Source of the DNA: Octopus vulgaris
Lineage: Eukaryota
Assembly: GCA_951406725.2 (NCBI GenBank)
Contig: OX597825.1
Location: 8,556,001 to 8,620,000 of the forward strand
Direction: 5' to 3'
Length of the DNA stretch: 64,000 nt
Under the pieces are notes generated by a model. The model saw only the letters and a program-made list of their open reading frames with translations, made no database searches and was not told the DNA's origin. Shown here one piece after another: positions 1 to 13,720 of the stretch. Position numbers and translations under genes: made by a program. Position 1 is the stretch's first letter. Every line of letters starts with the position of its first letter.

Positions 1-1112
1 TATTTTCAAAAGATAATTTTACAAAAGAAACCATGTCAAATTTAAGATTAAATGCCAGGTACTTTATGCTAAGATATATAATATGCAGTGAGAGTCTGCT
101 TATTTCAAGGATGTATATAACGAGTTCTAGCAGAAGTAGTAAATCAGCATTAAATGTCCGCCGATAGAAACCTCAAAATATTTATATTGCTAGTTGTTTT
201 GCACATGAGAGATAAGGCATATCGTATCGTAAAATTTGTAATTTAGATTTATTAAAATTCAAAACTTGGCAACAGAAACCATAAAGCTTTTGAAATGAAA
301 AACTAACGACTTGATGTTGGATCTGATTATTTTCAAATAAATCATATGTATATAATCGTATTCGACTCAGAAAGTTTCATTTTAACGCCTTCTGTTATTT
401 TCTAATTGCATCGAAGCATATAAAATTATAATTTTGTGCCAGTTAAAAGCAATTGTAGCTAGACATACTTAATATAAAAGAAGAAAGTAAATCGTAAAAT
501 CTCTTTCCACAAATTACTGGATATTAAGATATCTAAACTTATAGCAAATGAAAATAAATGTAACAGATTCCTGGAAGGGTAGTATATAACATATTATGTG
601 TAATGCTCACACTTTCGACTTTCTATCTTGGCTTATCTATTTGAATAATAGCCTTAAGTATTTACATATAAATAAAAAGATAAATTAAAATATCTTATAC
701 ATCATCATTATGTATTCTGTATGCGTAAATTGCATTCTCCTGTCTACATATTTTGAATAAATTTAAACATTAATTGAAATGAAGAACAAAAATAAAACGA
801 ATACTGTATTGGAAAACTGTTTTAATATTATAGATCTAAGTCGATCCAAAATAATGTTAATGAAATTCTGATGACAGAAACTGAGGAATTTCTATTGAAG
901 AAACCTAACTCTAACATTAATGCACATACAAGCAATGGCACTAAAATGCTAAAGTGTTTCCATATTTTTTTTTTGTTTTTACATATAACTCTATATTTAA
1001 TTTGCATTTTCTCTCGTAAACTTATCTTGACAAAGACATTTCCCTGGTTGTCATATTCAATACACTTTGAATTACAACTGAATTCCTTAGAGTATATTAA
1101 AAAATATTAACT

Positions 1113-1431
1113 GGGTAAAAACATACTTCGGTGAGGAATTACCATGGAATTGCACCTAGAAAGTTCCTTTCCAAGGCACAAATCTGGGCAGCGTTGTTTA
1201 TGAAAGACAATCAGTCGTCCGTCCATAACAATCTCCTCTCTTTACATCACCGATGTTACATAAAGCCAAGGTAAAAGCTGATACGTTGCAATTAATTTCA
1301 ACACCTGAGTAAATAGGATCAACCTGAAATAAACGATCTTGGTCAAGAACACAACATAGAGTCCGGTCCCGGAATGGAACTCAGTACCTCATGGAGCCTG
1401 ACGATCCAACCACTGACCTATGCACTTTCAC
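1113..1431 (-). mobile_element. Degraded tRNA-derived SINE (CORE-like body)
   Basis: Colinear with the younger copy at 35994-36318 (CCATGG..TTGCACCTAGAAAGTT; GAAATAAA..CTTG.TCAAGAACACAAC; CCGGTCC.GGA..GAACTC). Confidence 0.75.
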
Positions 1432-1449
1432 TTACAAACACACACGCAC

Positions 1450-1501
<52 letters not shown>

Positions 1502-1522
1502 TTATTACAAGTATATTATTAC

Positions 1523-1588
1523 ATCATATGCGCTTCCCGTTTTTCATCTGGCCCTACAGACGCCAGGTGCAAACGGTCTCAGATAATT
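1523..1588 (-). ncRNA. Degenerate type I hammerhead-like motif
   Basis: Minus strand: CTGA-GA (one base short), long stem II CCGTTT-G-CACCTGGC..GCCAGATG-AA-AAACGG, then GAAG-CGCA-TA (cf. GAAA-CGCG-TA). Core is mutated. Confidence 0.4.
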
Positions 1589-2049
1589 CCTTCTGTACAC
1601 TCAAACCAAAGTTAAGTGAAAAGATGGGATATGACATTGAACATCTGTGAAATTCTTTAGTGTTACATAACTTCCGTTTTGTGTTTCTTTTGAAGCGTAT
1701 ATAGCACGTAATTGCCTATTTCGACCATATCAAAATAAGTGTTTTCACATATTATTTTATAAAAGTATACACGAAGATAACGCAATGTAACAGATAGCCC
1801 GCTAAGGCCTGTGTTCCAGCCATTCGAGCTGTAAAGTGAAATCATATTAAGGAGCTGATTATATACACGTACACTCAAAAATATATGAGCACAATAGGCA
1901 ACATATATATTAACATAACTAGACATGCATCAATTCTTTGAAATAGTCAAGATCTATCAAATGCATAAACGTATATACATGCTCATATTTATAAAGGAAC
2001 GCGCGAAAGTATGTACCTATGTATACACACACACACGCAAACGCGCGTA

Positions 2050-2080
<31 letters not shown>

Positions 2081-2248
2081 CATTCACAGGCGCGGGAGTG
2101 ACTGTGTAGTAAGATACTTGCTTACCAGCCACATGGTTCCAGGTTCAGTCCCAATGCGAGGGACCTTGGGCAATTATCTTCTACTATGGCTCCGGGCCGA
2201 TCAAAGCCTTGTGAGTGGATTTGTTAGACAGAAACTGAGAGAACCCCG

Positions 2249-2299
<51 letters not shown>

Positions 2300-2421
2300 A
2301 ATATTGAGGGAGATAAATTAATATTAATTTTAATATCAATTTAAAACCAGTAGTCCAGCATTCAAAAATCTGAGAAGTCAGAGAAAATTCAAATATATGT
2401 GTATATTGGCAGGGCTGGCCT

Positions 2422-2976
2422 GCTAGGTAGCCGGCCGAATGCTAGAAGAAGATCATCAAAGATCAAACTACAAGGGAAATTCTCTAGAGGAAGAATTCAG
2501 CGAACACCAGAACCAAATTTGGCGGGTAGGACATATGAAAATTTAAATAAAAAACAGACTTAAATGCATACCTCGGTTTCGGTCTTTAACAAAAGAATTA
2601 CTTGCATAATTCTTGCAGCCCTTCGCTTCAGGAAGTTCTTAGCGCGCCAGAACCAAGACATTTGAAATTTTATTCCCGATGTAATCAGTAAAACTAAGCA
2701 CGTGTCTGTCTTGACACAGAGAGCTGGGGTTAGTTTTTCAGTTTGCATCTCGATGACCGAATGTACTAATGAAGTCACGGACATTTGAATTATGCAAGTA
2801 ATTCTTTTGTTAAAGACCGAAACCGAGGTATGCATTTAAGTCTGTTTTTTATTTAAATTATCATATGTCCTGCCCGCCAAATTTGGTTCTGGTGTTCGCT
2901 GAATTCTTCCTCTAGAGAATTTCCCTTGTAGTTTGATCGTTGATGATCTTCTTCTAGCATTCGGCCAGCTACCTAG

Positions 2977-2977
<1 letters not shown>
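2422..2977. repeat. Inner inverted repeat, arms 2422-2612 and 2787-2977 (Penelope-like inverted pLTR candidate)
   Basis: 191-bp arms with about 4 mismatches and a 174-bp spacer; the insert (about 2298-2980) is flanked by (TA)n. Confidence 0.95.
2760..2836 (+). ncRNA. Type I hammerhead ribozyme motif (G5>A variant)
   Basis: Stem I AATGTA/TGCATT; core CTAATGA; stem II (A)GTC..GAC(C) with long loop; GAAA; stem III CC-GA-GG; cleavage triplet GUA at 2828-2830. Confidence 0.7.
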
Positions 2978-3038
<61 letters not shown>

Positions 3039-3295
3039 TGTGAGCGTGATTGTGTCTGTATACTTTTCTGTCTATGTTTGTCCACCCACCATCGTTTGAC
3101 AACCGATGTTGGTGTGTTTACATTCTCATAACTTACCGGGTCGTCAAAAGAGGACGAAGGATATGTATTATGCTTATAAAGAATACGTCCTGAGGGTCGT
3201 TTTGTTCGAATAAATGTGGTGCTTTGTCATGTCCGCAGTCAAATGAATGAAACAAATGAAAGATTAAAAGAAAAGAATATATAAGTGCATATATG

Positions 3296-3394
<99 letters not shown>

Positions 3395-4155
3395 GTGCAT
3401 ATATATATATATGTATATAAATATATATGTATATGTATATATACACGCTCACATATTTAAATGAATATAACACTAAATCGATGAGATCAAAAACGTCCAT
3501 GTTAGAAAGAGTTGGATAGCTTCAGGGATAGCTACAGCGTATCTCTATAACACAAAGTAGATGATACTCAATCAATAAAGTTTATCAACCAGCCTATGTA
3601 ATACACTTCGCTCCATATTGAATTATATTGAAGTTCTGATACGAAAACCAATATACAAGTCCAGTATATGACAATAAACGTTGTTAATTATACGACTATA
3701 AATCAGTGAGTGAAAGGAATGAAATAGGCAATTACGTGCTATATACGCTTCAAAGGAAACACAAAACGGAAGTTATGTAACACTAAAGAATTTCACAGAT
3801 GTTCAATGTCCTATCCCATCTTTTCACCTAACTTTGGTTTCAGTGTACTGAAGGAATTTAATTGGTCACTTGACTAAACCAAGCATCCACAATATATTCC
3901 ACTGTTGAACGGGGAGAAATGTCTTCCCGCTTTCTCGTAACGAATTATTTCCGAGTAAGCACTTGTAAAGAACACGTAAAAATTATAAGAGGCGAAGAGA
4001 AACTGAGTAACTATTCAATACTTAAAAGTTACATAACTCTGGTGTTTCCTCTGAAACACTTTGCATATCATTACTTATGCCATTCCGGGCACCAACTTAT
4101 TTACATACATATATATAAATATATGACTATGCATATATGCTGCAGTAAATAGATC

Positions 4156-4232
<77 letters not shown>

Positions 4233-4499
4233 TGATATTCGAACTCACATCCCTGTGATCAAATAAAGTTGAGATGTATTGAAAGATACAGATAAGGAAA
4301 TAATTTTATTGTCAAACGCAGTTTGAGTCATGTTTCTTTTCTAGTAATCTACTAGTAATTTTTTAAACTTGTATCTACACATTATATAATTAATTTGATA
4401 CACCTCATTGTGCAACTGTAGATGAATCCTTTATCATTTATTTTCCTCTATGTCTTATGTATATAAATTGTTTCTTATCGTTTCCATAGTCTTTGAAAA

Positions 4500-5425
4500 A
4501 CAAATTTCAAACAGAACCATCTAACGCCCTCTTTGGAAACAAACTGAAAGAAAGGCTTGCAACAAAATCAAATAATGAGGTGGTAGGCCCATGAACTGTC
4601 TACGAACGTGTGGAAGAAAACTGGGTCAGACATTTCAAGAAGGTCACAGCACCCTCAAATACAAACCAAAGACAGGGAGATCTTTTGTTGTAGAAGTTGA
4701 TACCCTGCTTCAAATGACTGAACAACAGCCAAGTATAAGCATAAGCAGTCATATATTATCGAAAGAACTTGGTCTTTCACAAAGCTCCATCAATCGACAA
4801 CACAATCTCGGCTTGCGAACAGATGCTATCGAGAGACTCCCCATGAACTGACCCATAACCAGGCTCAACGATATGTGAACATTCCCAAATAATGTAGGCA
4901 ATACGCGAGACACTCGTTTTTAGCGTGAAATCATAAGAGAAATGAGTGGCTCCAGAACCTGTTGTCAAGCAAGAGCAGAATAGACGTAGTATGTTCCGTG
5001 TATTTGCTGAAATTTTGAGGGTGGTATTTCTGTTTGTACTTGTACCAGAATGTCAAGCTGTGATATCATAAACTCAACAACTGCATCGAGTATATGGTGC
5101 TTTGAAAGACTACCACATTTGTGAATCGAAGGCACATACTCCTACCGCGTGACAGTCTGACCGAGAGCAAACTTGGGGAAATTGAGGGGCTGGAAGTGCT
5201 GCCTCATCTTCCTTGCAGATCTTGTGCCGTCGGATTACCAACTTTTCGTAGACATAACCAATTTCCTGCACTGACAAAATTTCAACAATGCAGAGGAGGT
5301 TAGAACTGGGTTCACAGAGTTTTTTCCCCTACTCGAGCTAAATATTATAAGCGCAGAAGAATTGAGATTCCGGCAAAACGAAGGCAAAAGACAATAGCAT
5401 ATGATGGCATATATGTTCATGAATA
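4500..5425 (+). pseudogene. Degraded mariner-type transposase
   Basis: FQEGHSTLKYKPKTGRSFVVE..MTEQQPSIS..LSKELGLSQSSINR resembles the mariner HTH/GRP region; EVLPHLP matches the region just before the YSPDLAP motif. Stops and frameshifts present. Confidence 0.75.
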
Positions 5426-7938
5426 AATGCTTTTCATCTGTTGTTCAACTAGTTCTTGGTTACGAATTCTAATTTGGGTCCATACAAAGTGATAGCGATG
5501 GTCAAATACTTTAAGTGTTCGCTACTAACATCTTAAAGAATACAAAACTAAAGTATAGTAAATGAAGTATAATAACTATGCCGGGAAGGATAGCCAAAAA
5601 AGAAAAAAAACACGAAATTCTTAAATTCTTAAATGACTTTCAAGTAAAGACTTTTTACAGAAACTCTGTTTATGAAAGTTTTGTGAAGTTAAAAACAAAA
5701 AACGCATATAATTAATTTGATTAAAACTCTCTTCCCTCTCGCCTCGATCGGCTTTCCTCACAATATTCGAACAATGCTTAATCTGTGAAGCAAACGGAAT
5801 AATACATTCTTTTAATGTCTTCCAATGTAAGTTATAATTTATTGCATAGCCATGTTAAGGAGATTGTCAATATGAGTGAAGTAGCGGTATAATATGTACA
5901 CATTGCAGCTACCAAGAATAAAAATTAGTTATGGTCTTACTAATTTGTATAAAAACCATATAAAATATTTATATAAAATATATATTTGACACATTTAATT
6001 CAAAATCTAAACATCCAGCAACGATTTACAATATGCCCAGAAGTTATAATCTGTTTTTCTAATTCTTGCTGCCAGATATAGATATGTTGAATTTACTTTA
6101 GCTGTGTACTTTAATATATATCTCTGCAAATGAATTGCAATAGCTAAGATGGTATATGTAGTAATTTGTCTGTACTAATATAACGAGGAATAACAAAAAG
6201 ATAAATAATAGTATAGTGTTTTAGCATATTAACTACACCTAGCATGATGGCATCAAAAATGAGGTGGGAACATTTTTACTCAAGACTATTACAGTAGCTG
6301 TATGTGTGAAAATTGTCAAGATAGAAGTTCCCTGAAGGAAATAATCTACGTTCACAACGTCTCTCTTTCAACACCTCTCTGTCTCATTCTCTCTCGCTCT
6401 CTCTTTCTCTATCTCTATCTCTCTTTCTCCCCCTCTCTCTGTATATACATATATATATGTGTGTGTTTGTGTGTGTATAGTTTTATCTTTCTCTCCCCCA
6501 TTCCCCATTTATCCCCCTCTGTCATATTTCCTTTTCTCTCACTTGCGAATTATAAACGAAGGGAAAAGGCATAACTTTTAAACGCCTTTTAAATTATCAG
6601 CCTGCGTAAACTGTTTACTTCAATTCAATATATTTGCCACGCCGTATGCCATGATGATTACAAATATGGGAAAAAAACTGTGCCACGTATGTCTACCAAT
6701 GTTTAAATATTTAGGATCATTGTAATGAGGAGAAAAAATTACTAGAAATGTCTATTATTTGCATCTACTTTACACTTAAAATTCAAATTCAAATTCATTG
6801 CTGGTACGATTAAATTTCCTGTAGCGATTGCCTCCCTTTAACTGTCACCAACACTCTTGTTCAACTAACTGTGGCGGGGAATTTTCATTTTATCCACACA
6901 CACGGATAGTAAAAACCAATAGGATATGTGTCCGAAGAACATAACGAAACATAAACAACCTGAGAGATAGCAGGCTGCAATACATCAACTACGTTATAAA
7001 TAGAGACACCAAAAATTTGTTTGAAGTCAAGACTAGAACAGAATATATATTTATGAAATTCATCACGGTATAGAAATTTCCTGGCTGGAATTGACCTCCA
7101 TGTAGGATTTTTCTCTCGCTCTTTTATTTCATTTTCTTTCCTACTAAATTCGATCAAGGAGAGAAACCAGTAGAAAAACAAAGTTATTCTTTGACTATCG
7201 ACTAAAGGTAATCGACATGAAGATAGATTTGGTAAGTAAATATAGTATATTTTTGTAGCCTTTTTTGCCATGATGATTTTTCCGAATTGGGATGAAATAA
7301 AATTGTACTTGGCTGAAAATGTCTAAATATATTTGGGATCTTTTGAGTATGATTAAAAACATGTAATGGTCGTGTGTAGCCTGTGAATCTTCCTTACACA
7401 AAAATCTACAATTTCAAGCACCAGGCTATGATGTTATGATTTAGTAGAAGTGAATGCACCCCTTACTGTAACTATTGCCATGTTTTCATTACTGCAACTC
7501 GATATGCATTCAAAGTGATGGCGACAGCAAGCTATGTGCCCGTAGAAAATGTCTCTAAAGACAACTCACATAACGAAAAATAAACAACACAAAGGTTGCA
7601 AGTAAAATGTATAATCTCTGCCAGCAATCATGAGAGAGAAAGTTGTTTGATAAATTCCTTTAAAATCAAGTTTGTTATAATTGTTTAACTTCGATTACGT
7701 CAGTAGAAACGGTTTATTCGATCGCATGACGTTATAGCAATCACTGTCCGGTTGTGAGGATACGAATAAGAATTCACTGCTGCATGATGTTGAACGAGTA
7801 CCGGTGGTGGATATTTTAAGAGAGATAATTTCTTCTAATGTATCTTAAATGATGTTAGTGAATTTAGATTTTTAAATTTAAGTGCAACGAAGATGCTGAG
7901 TATAGTCGTAACTAATAATTGCTTCATACTTTGTAAAA

Positions 7939-8250
7939 GTGAATGTGTATGGCTTAGTGCGTTGGGTATTCGGCTCTCGATCGTAAAGTCGTACGTTCGA
8001 TTCTCGGCGACGTGTTGTGTCACTGAGCAATATACTTTATTCCATTCAGCTGGCAAAAATGAGTGGTATATGTGTTTCAAAGGAGCCAACCATGTTACAT
8101 TCTCTGTTATGCTGAATCTCCCTGATAACTACGTTAAGGGTACACGTGTTTGCGGACTGCTTAGCCACATGTACGTTGATTTCAAGAGCAGGCTGTTCCG
8201 TTGATCGGATCAACTGGAACCTGCCTCGTCCTAACCGACAAAGTGCCAGT
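7939..8250 (+). mobile_element. tRNA-derived SINE (CORE-like, different tail)
   Basis: Box A TGGCTTAGTGCG, box B GTTCGATTCT, then TTGTGTCACTGAGCAATATACTTTA, shared with the 35994 family. Confidence 0.7.
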
Positions 8251-8281
8251 TAACGTTTTAAAAGGATCAGAAATATTTTTT

Positions 8282-8515
8282 AGGCATAGACACATGTGTA
8301 TCTGTATGGTAAGAAACTTGCGTCCCAACAACATGGACCCGGGTTCAATGTTACTTCATGACACTTTAGAAAAGTGCCTTCTACAATAGCCTCGTGCCTT
8401 GAGAATGGTTTTGGTAGATGGAAACTGAAAGAAACCCGTTGTGTGTATACGCACACACTCTCTCTCTCCCTCTCACTCACACACAGACACACATATATAT
8501 GTATATATACATGTA

Positions 8516-8569
<54 letters not shown>

Positions 8570-8800
8570 CATACATGTCGATGTATCTGTCTTTGTGTCT
8601 GTAATTGTGTCTACCATCGTTTGCGAACAGGTGATGGTGCGTTTACCTCTCCGTATTCTAACGGTTGAAAAAAGAGAAGCTTATAGAATAAATGTCAAGT
8701 TTAAAAATTACTGGTGGGGATGGGATCGATTCATTCGACTAAAAATTTTTCAAGACAGCGCCCCGTCACTACCACCTTCTAATGAATGCAAAAAGCAAAA
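8282..8800 (+). mobile_element. Degraded SINE of the 45659 family with internal microsatellite
   Basis: GGTAAGAAACTTGC..CATGG.CCCGGGTTCA..CTTCTAC.ATAGCCTCG..TTTGGTAGATGGAAACTGAAAGAA, followed by a similar tail. Confidence 0.75.
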
Positions 8801-9637
8801 CATATAAGGTTCGTTCAATGCTACTTTATCCTTATTTTGTATTACATTACATTCTTCTAAGTTGTCTTCAGAGACTGCAGTTAGTTCTGAAAGTGAAAGT
8901 AAAAGTGAATAATGAGAGAGACAGAAAAGATACACATACAGATGTATGCGTTGGTGAATGGAGAAATGATTCCATAAAAGTATCCAATATAGTTATAAGA
9001 GTCTATTAATATCTAAACAATATTTCCGATTGAAGTAACGAGTAGAAAAAATACTAAATACATATATGCTGCATCTCCTTTATTATTCAAACATTTATAT
9101 TTTAAAATTCACACCGTGAATTACAATTTATCTAGAAGTGGTTGACTCATTTTAATATGAAGCAGGAAGAAGTCTATCAGTTTATAATGTTTTAGGCTGG
9201 GGAATCTAATTTATATATTCACACATATATTAGGCGACAGCCAAAGCAGTGTGTCAAAAGAAATTTTATATAATAAGATAAGGGATAAACAAGTAAGCAA
9301 TAGCAGTTAAAATACTTTGTCTACATCCGGAATGATGACAACAAAACGGGTTCGTAGAAGGCGCTTCCGAGGGCGTCACGTAATGTGATTGAAAACTTCC
9401 TCTTGTTCATCAGCTTTTTTTGTATTTGTTTAGATGAGACTCAGCTCTTAATTTTAAATGTTATGTTTCCCTATTCATTTTGTTTTAAGACAATTGATCC
9501 TGTAGTTTTTTGTAATATTCTGGCAACCACACACACATACACACACACACACGCACACATACACATATATACAATAGCAGTGCATCTCGTCGTTGCCCGG
9601 GCGTTACGACCTTCAGCCACATTAAGTTCGTCATTCA

Positions 9638-9778
9638 GTTCTCTTTATTGGTTTCAAATTTTGGCCCCAGGCCAGCAAGTTCGCAGGTAGGGGTAAGTCG
9701 AATACATCGACCCCAGTGCTTCACTGCTACTTCTTTTACCGACTACAAAAGGATGAAAAGCAAAGCCAGCCTCGGCGT
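9638..9778 (-). mobile_element. Nin-domain SINE fragment
   Basis: TAAGTCGA..ACATCGACCCCAGTG..AAGGATGAAA.GCAAAG..CCTCGGCG; matches the 25747 copy. Confidence 0.65.
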
Positions 9779-10476
9779 ATACAGATTTTTATATTAGTGT
9801 TAGAATAATAAAAAAAATGTCGGAATGTAGCTCGTTAACAATCAAATGATTCTGGGATGAAATACTGTCTGAATCGGCTTTTAAGATTATTAATTGTCAA
9901 ACAAAATATGAAGATTATACGCGGGGATCAAAAAGATATGAGTAAAAAGCAAATATCATTTAAATATCAAACGATAGTACACTCTATTTTATCATATTTA
10001 ATACAGTGCATAAGCAACCCCCATTAATTGTTAGAGGAGTTGTCAAAACTGACGCGTCATCTGCATAATCACTGCCGTAAGTATGGAGTACAAAGACTCA
10101 CATACACGCCTATAGACTTGCATATGTATAGATGTACTTATTTATGCACACACCATACGTGCGTATGTTTGGGTGTTTATAGATAAGTAAATACAGACAT
10201 GCGTGTATACGCATTTTTATTCAATAGATTTGTTCTTTTTTTCGTATGACATCATCGAAGAAAAAAACCTCTTCTAGAAGAATCTTTATGTATCTAAAAT
10301 AATTGCATCGTGTATTTATATAATATTAAGCAAAGAAGCGTTATACTGCAAACACACACACACACACACACACAGAGAAACACAAAACACACGAAAAGGC
10401 ACATATACACATACTCCAACACATACATATTTTACTCTGTTTTGTGTGCGTGTGTCTCCCTCTCTCTCTCTTTCTC

Positions 10477-10560
<84 letters not shown>

Positions 10561-11974
10561 TATATATACTATATATATATTATATATACTATATATATAT
10601 ATTATATATAACAGCACACAGTTTTCCACTGATTGTAGCGATTCTGTTGTTTCTGCGCCGCACCTAGCTTTGAAAAGAACAGTATTTTCCATAAAATTTA
10701 ATTAGATCAAACCAACCATACATACATATACATACTCTGAAAATCCCGCACGCGCATATATCTTTAAAGACACACCTATGCTCTGTTTCATATACATTAG
10801 TCGTTTAATTAATTATTTCAAAATACTCGTCTGAATATTACTTTCCACACATCCAAGCATTCATTCGCACAAAAGAGAATCAATGGAGACTGTTAAATTT
10901 TAAATTGATTTGACATTGCTTTTATTTTTGCTTTTCATTTATTTGTTTATAGATCGTGTACATGCTGAACCGTATTTATATTGATTAAAATTTTGTCATT
11001 CTCTACCACTCCTAGTGTTCAAGAAGATATTAATTGATTCGCGCTAAAAATTAATTATCGAAACACAATTTGGTCAATGTGCTAGATTTAATTTTTCATT
11101 GTTGTTGTTTTTGCTGTTAAAATGACAGGAACTACAGGCCAGCCGTATTACAGCTACTAATAATGTTGTTCCATGTTCAAAGTTCAAATCCCATTGGTCC
11201 ATCTTCGCGTTTCACACCTCATATTCAGAGATGAGGTTATTCTTAATAACCACATTATGGTTGTTATTTGGACAGATATCAATATATAACGAATGACGAC
11301 CAGAGAGAAAGCAAATTTTGGAGCATCTTTTTAAAATTAATTTTGTGCAGATTTTCAGCCGCCAGTTTCAACTGAGAGCTAAAGGGTCAGTTTTAGGAAC
11401 TATAGCATTCTAGTCATTATCATACTACGGTTTCCTAAGGCAACAGTGAATTCTTTGATTATTTTGAATGTTGTGAATGGTAGATTGACAGTGTCTCTCC
11501 TGCTATGCATTACGAACGAACGATTGTTTAAATACTTTCTCTGAAACCCAAAGTATTTAGATTCGTTCGTAATTTCTATATAACTTCAGCGTTTCTGTGA
11601 GGTCAAAAACATGAGGGACAGAAGAAGTCGAAAAGGGTCGTCTTAGCTAAAAATTATCTCCTTCCGTGAGACTATCAATGGGCCTACAATGCTTTAATTG
11701 TGCGGCTCTTTACTTTCCGTTCATTCTTTTTGAAATATTTCTCGAATTTAATTCGGCGTTCAGATGTTATATTCATAGTTTGAAATCTTTACCATTAGAT
11801 CAGACACGAGGCTACGAGCAGTATATTTTATACCCTATTCGGACAATTTCCAGAGTTGCAGGTTTCAAAAGAAGACTCTAAATATAGCCACGTATATGAT
11901 GGTGTTTACTGGTCCATGTATAGACAGGTTCGCCTGTTTCTCTTTAATTTGTATTAATGTATTTTTATTTATAT

Positions 11975-12150
11975 TCTTTTATTCTTTTATTTGCTTCAGT
12001 AACTTGACTGCTGGAGCAAGATTTTAGTCGAATGAATTGACGCCAAGACTTATTCTTTGTAATCCGAGTACTTATTCCATTCGAACCGTTAAGTAACGAG
12101 GGATTTAAAAACACTAACATTGGTTGTCAAGTGATGGTGGGGAGAACAAA
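11975..12150 (-). mobile_element. SINE 3' tail (45659 family)
   Basis: Reverse complement of TTGACAACC.ATGTT.GTGTTT..CC.GT.ACTTA.CGGTTCG..GAATAAGTAC..ACAAAGAATAAGTC. Confidence 0.7.
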
Positions 12151-12178
12151 CACAGACACACAAACATACACACACACA

Positions 12179-12214
<36 letters not shown>

Positions 12215-12224
12215 AATACATACG

Positions 12225-12256
<32 letters not shown>

Positions 12257-12814
12257 TACACACATATATATATGTATATATATATAAAGTAATTTGTTTT
12301 GACTTATATACATTAGATGATTTATAAACAATTCAGTCCACCTATATATGTTCCATCAGTGCTTTAGTTTAGACACAGGCGAAATTCCTTGTGAAAGGAC
12401 GGCTGGATTGTAAAGAAATTCACTCAAATGCCTATGTATTATGCGCGTGAGCGTTAGCTTTTCAACTACATAACAATTACAATAAAAAAGGAACAAAATT
12501 GTAACGGACAAAATAATTAAGTAAATAGAATCTACAAATATCAGAATATATTTCTATATAACTCAAATAATATTAATCCAAGCACATTTCGGTCGAAGAC
12601 AATCTCTGGCTATTATAATTACATACAACAACATTATGTAGGTATATAAATTAAGTATCAGGGTGTCACTTAATCGAGAGACTAATAAAATGTGTAAATA
12701 AATATAAATGATGATATAATATTATATTCGTAATATATAACAACTCTTCTCTTTTATTTAAAGTTATTGGTATAAAAATATTTGTTCAAAGTAACTGACG
12801 ATAGGTGTTCTTTA

Positions 12815-12932
12815 TTTATTTAATTTATCGGAGGGAGAATTCCTTAATTAATATGAAGAGAATCCTAACATAAATGTTCATTATTTACTTAATTTATCGG
12901 ACGGAGAATTCCGTAATGAATATAAAGATTAA
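12815..12932 (+). repeat. Imperfect ~48-bp direct repeat, two copies
   Basis: TTTA.TTAATTTATCGGA.GGAGAATTCC.TAAT.AATAT.AAGA at about 12815 and 12885. Confidence 0.8.
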
Positions 12933-13225
12933 TTTAGAGCGACAATAACTACAACCTATATTACCCAATAGATATAGAGTTGGGTTATATTAATGGATAT
13001 CAAAATATTACTAGTGTTTCAAAAGTAACCAGATTGGAAGTTTGATTATTCACAGTGACTGACAGGTAAATGTCACTGTATACGTATGAAAGGGAGAACG
13101 CAGTAAATAAAATAAAATAAGATAAACGCAAACAAGTATAAATAGTATGTATCGAAATTATATCAATTCTTTCAGAAGTAATAATATATTGTTGTAATAT
13201 ATATATATATATATATATATTTATA

Positions 13226-13720
13226 CTAGCAGATGTACCCAGTAGTTCGGTAATTCCCGGAAAAGCGGGGCTTAACTCTTGATTCCGTTCTCATAATTGT
13301 TCTGCTAATCCAATAACAACAGTACAAAGTATATAGCTGTTAAAACAAGATCTTGTTTTTACGAATTCCCCGTACGTTATGAATACGCAAACTCTGAAGC
13401 CAGTTATGTAATAAAGTTGGAATTAGTTAACCGATAGTGAGAATTCAAATAAAGTAGCTCCGAAAAGGGCTTTAATGCATTCCCAGAGTATATAGAACAC
13501 AGGAGGAAATACGAATAAGGTATATATACTAAACTTGTGAAGAATGTTACGTAATAACAGTATAATCAGATATGAGATAATAACAATTCAAAGTAGATAA
13601 CTTTGAAATTGGGTTTTGTGCATTCCCAGAGGCATTATTGTTGAAATAGATTGACAATAAATGTAGAAACAGACTGACATTTAGTTTTACAGTAGACACA
13701 CAAATAAATTTGTATATAGA
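13226..13720 (-). mobile_element. Non-autonomous Helitron, both termini present
   Basis: Minus strand starts TCTATATACAAATTTATTTGTGTGTC and ends CCGAACTACTGGGTACATCTG-CTAG; inserted between A and T. Confidence 0.6.

Larger units (their letters stand above)
2088..3262 (+). mobile_element. tRNA-derived SINE split by an insertion in its internal (TA)n
   Basis: Head 2088-2250 (GGCGCGGGAGTGACTGTGTAGTAAG..GGTTCAGTCCC..CCTTGGGCAA) and tail about 3060-3262 both match the intact copy at 45659-46082. Confidence 0.85.
1585..3858. repeat. Outer inverted repeat, arms 1585-1722 and 3721-3858
   Basis: 138-bp arms that are reverse complements, about 5 mismatches by eye. Confidence 0.95.

Noticed and set aside
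9350-9420. Minus-strand CTGATGA..GAGG/CCTC..GAAG hammerhead candidate
   Set aside because: Stem II is not adjacent to the core, and there is no proper GAAA, UH or stem I.
12815-12932. CRISPR-like repeat-spacer
   Set aside because: Only two imperfect copies, eukaryotic context, no cas genes.
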